A stretch of DNA of 64,000 nucleotides from a virus (Duplodnaviria > Caudoviricetes), in the IMG/VR virus record IMGVR_UViG_3300036770_007283; one strand, given 5' to 3'. Of this stretch, positions 63,187 to 64,000 are shown one piece after another. The position numbers and the translations under genes are program-made. How positions within the stretch are numbered: the first letter of the stretch is position 1; each line of letters begins with the position of its first letter. Under the pieces are notes generated by a model. It was not told the origin of the DNA, did not search any database, and worked only from the letters and a program-made list of their open reading frames with translations.

Positions 63187-63798
63187 TTAAATGGTTTTAC
63201 AAAGACGAAAACCGAGGCCGCCGTTGCGGTCGGACAGCGAGCGGTCGTTGCGGAGGGCGACGCGAGCGAAGGCGGCGTCGCGGCACCAGCTGCCGCCGCG
63301 TATTACTTTATAAATTTTAGCCGAAGAAAAATCTGAAGAGTTCCATTCCCACACATTACCAAGCATATCATATAGTCCATAGCCATTAGGCTTTAGCAAG
63401 CCTACTTCATGTGTTTTATTATCACTGTTTTCTGCCACCCATGCTTCATCTAGGTTTGCCACCCTATCTTCCCAGGGGCCACCTCCTAATGCAGCCCACT
63501 CCCATTCCCAATCTGTAGGCAATCTAAAGGCTTTATCATGCGGTAGATTTAAGATCTGAGATAGCTTTTGAGCATATTCCACAGCTTCATCATAGGTAAT
63601 ATTTTCCACAGGTAAATCATCACCCTTGAATTTAGAGGGATTTTTCCCCATTACCGCAGACCATTCCTTTTGAGTAACTAGGAATTTCTGCATTTGAAAT
63701 GGTTTAATAAAGGCAATCTTGTGTTCTGTATTAGGATCAAGCAGAGGATAAATGTTTTCTGGTGGTTGGGGAATAGTTAACATTTGAGGAGGTTGCAT
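63187..63798 (-). CDS. FGE-sulfatase/C-type-lectin-fold protein, DGR target candidate 2
   Basis: Near-identical to copy 1 except the 3' variable region; 625-bp period. Confidence 0.92.
   Translation of the reverse strand: MQPPQMLTIPQPPENIYPLLDPNTEHKIAFIKPFQMQKFLVTQKEWSAVMGKNPSKFKGDDLPVENITYDEAVEYAQKLSQILNLPHDKAFRLPTDWEWEWAALGGGPWEDRVANLDEAWVAENSDNKTHEVGLLKPNGYGLYDMLGNVWEWNSSDFSSAKIYKVIRGGSWCRDAAFARVALRNDRSLSDRNGGLGFRLCKTI
63208..63288 (-). repeat. DGR variable region VR2
   Basis: NNC-codon variation. Confidence 0.85.
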
Positions 63799-63811
63799 GG
63801 TTTACCTATTA

Positions 63812-64000
63812 TTAAATGTTTTTACAAAGACGAAAGCCGAGGAAGCTGGCATGGTAGGAAGGCGAGCAGCTGCTGCGGAAGGCGATGCGAGCGTCGATCA
63901 GGCGACATCCCCAACTGCCGCCGCGTATTACTTTATTATTATCCGAAGAATATTCGGAAGATGTCCATTCCCACACATTACCAAGGATATCATGTAGCCC
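63812..64000 (-). CDS. FGE/C-type-lectin-fold protein, DGR target candidate 3 (partial, 3' end only)
   Basis: GLHDILGNVWEW...VIRGGSWGCRLIDARIAFRSSCSPSYHASFLGFRLCKNI*. Confidence 0.9.
   Translation of the reverse strand, partial: GLHDILGNVWEWTSSEYSSDNNKVIRGGSWGCRLIDARIAFRSSCSPSYHASFLGFRLCKNI
63833..63913 (-). repeat. DGR variable region VR3 (more diverged)
   Basis: Same frame and length as VR1/2; several non-C third positions. Confidence 0.7.

Noticed and set aside
63170-63190. TnpB self-targeting of the DGR array
   Set aside because: The shared GCCTATTATTA match lies outside the seed, the seed positions mismatch, and there is no TTTAA TAM adjacent.
62549-63997. Plus-strand Arg-rich ORFs (62549, 63069, 63797)
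   Set aside because: Antisense shadows of the GC-rich NNC variable regions.
1-64000. CRISPR array
   Set aside because: The only periodic repeats are coding (DGR targets, paralogue 3' ends); there is no repeat-spacer structure.
1-64000. Stop-codon reassignment (alternative genetic code)
   Set aside because: Conserved enzymes are full length under the standard code, and genes end in TAA, TAG and TGA with tight tiling.
1-64000. DGR template repeat or reverse transcriptase within the window
   Set aside because: No AAC-rich copy of the VR and no RT motifs were seen; they are presumably outside the window.

Overview
AT-rich, densely coding segment of a large (jumbo-type) bacteriophage genome, read with the standard genetic code; most genes are on the minus strand. 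There are no rRNA genes, host operons or CRISPR arrays. Recognisable functions are: translation/RNA metabolism (IF-3, class II LysRS, peptide deformylase, SpoU methyltransferase, Rnl2-type RNA ligase, tRNA-Ser(GCU), tRNA-Arg(UCU), an atypical UAU-anticodon tRNA); DNA repair/modification (Fpg, UvsE, Ogg-like HhH glycosylase, MT-A70, DEDDh exonuclease); proteostasis (Hsp20, S49/SohB, two AAA+ ATPases); four cell-wall hydrolase candidates; several lipoproteins; two inteins; and a TnpB-only IS200/IS605 element. The most unusual signals are: (1) two tandem 154/164-nt tRNA-framed RNAs with compensatory base changes, an extra D-loop hairpin and a structured insert replacing the anticodon loop; (2) at least three tandem FGE/C-type-lectin genes whose 3' ends carry a DGR variable-region (NNC codon) signature; (3) about 18 small paralogues with variable N-termini and a shared C-terminal motif; (4) an intein in an apparently non-enzymatic conserved phage protein. 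All family assignments come from motif recognition by eye. No database search, folding or covariance software was run, and some start codons are estimates.
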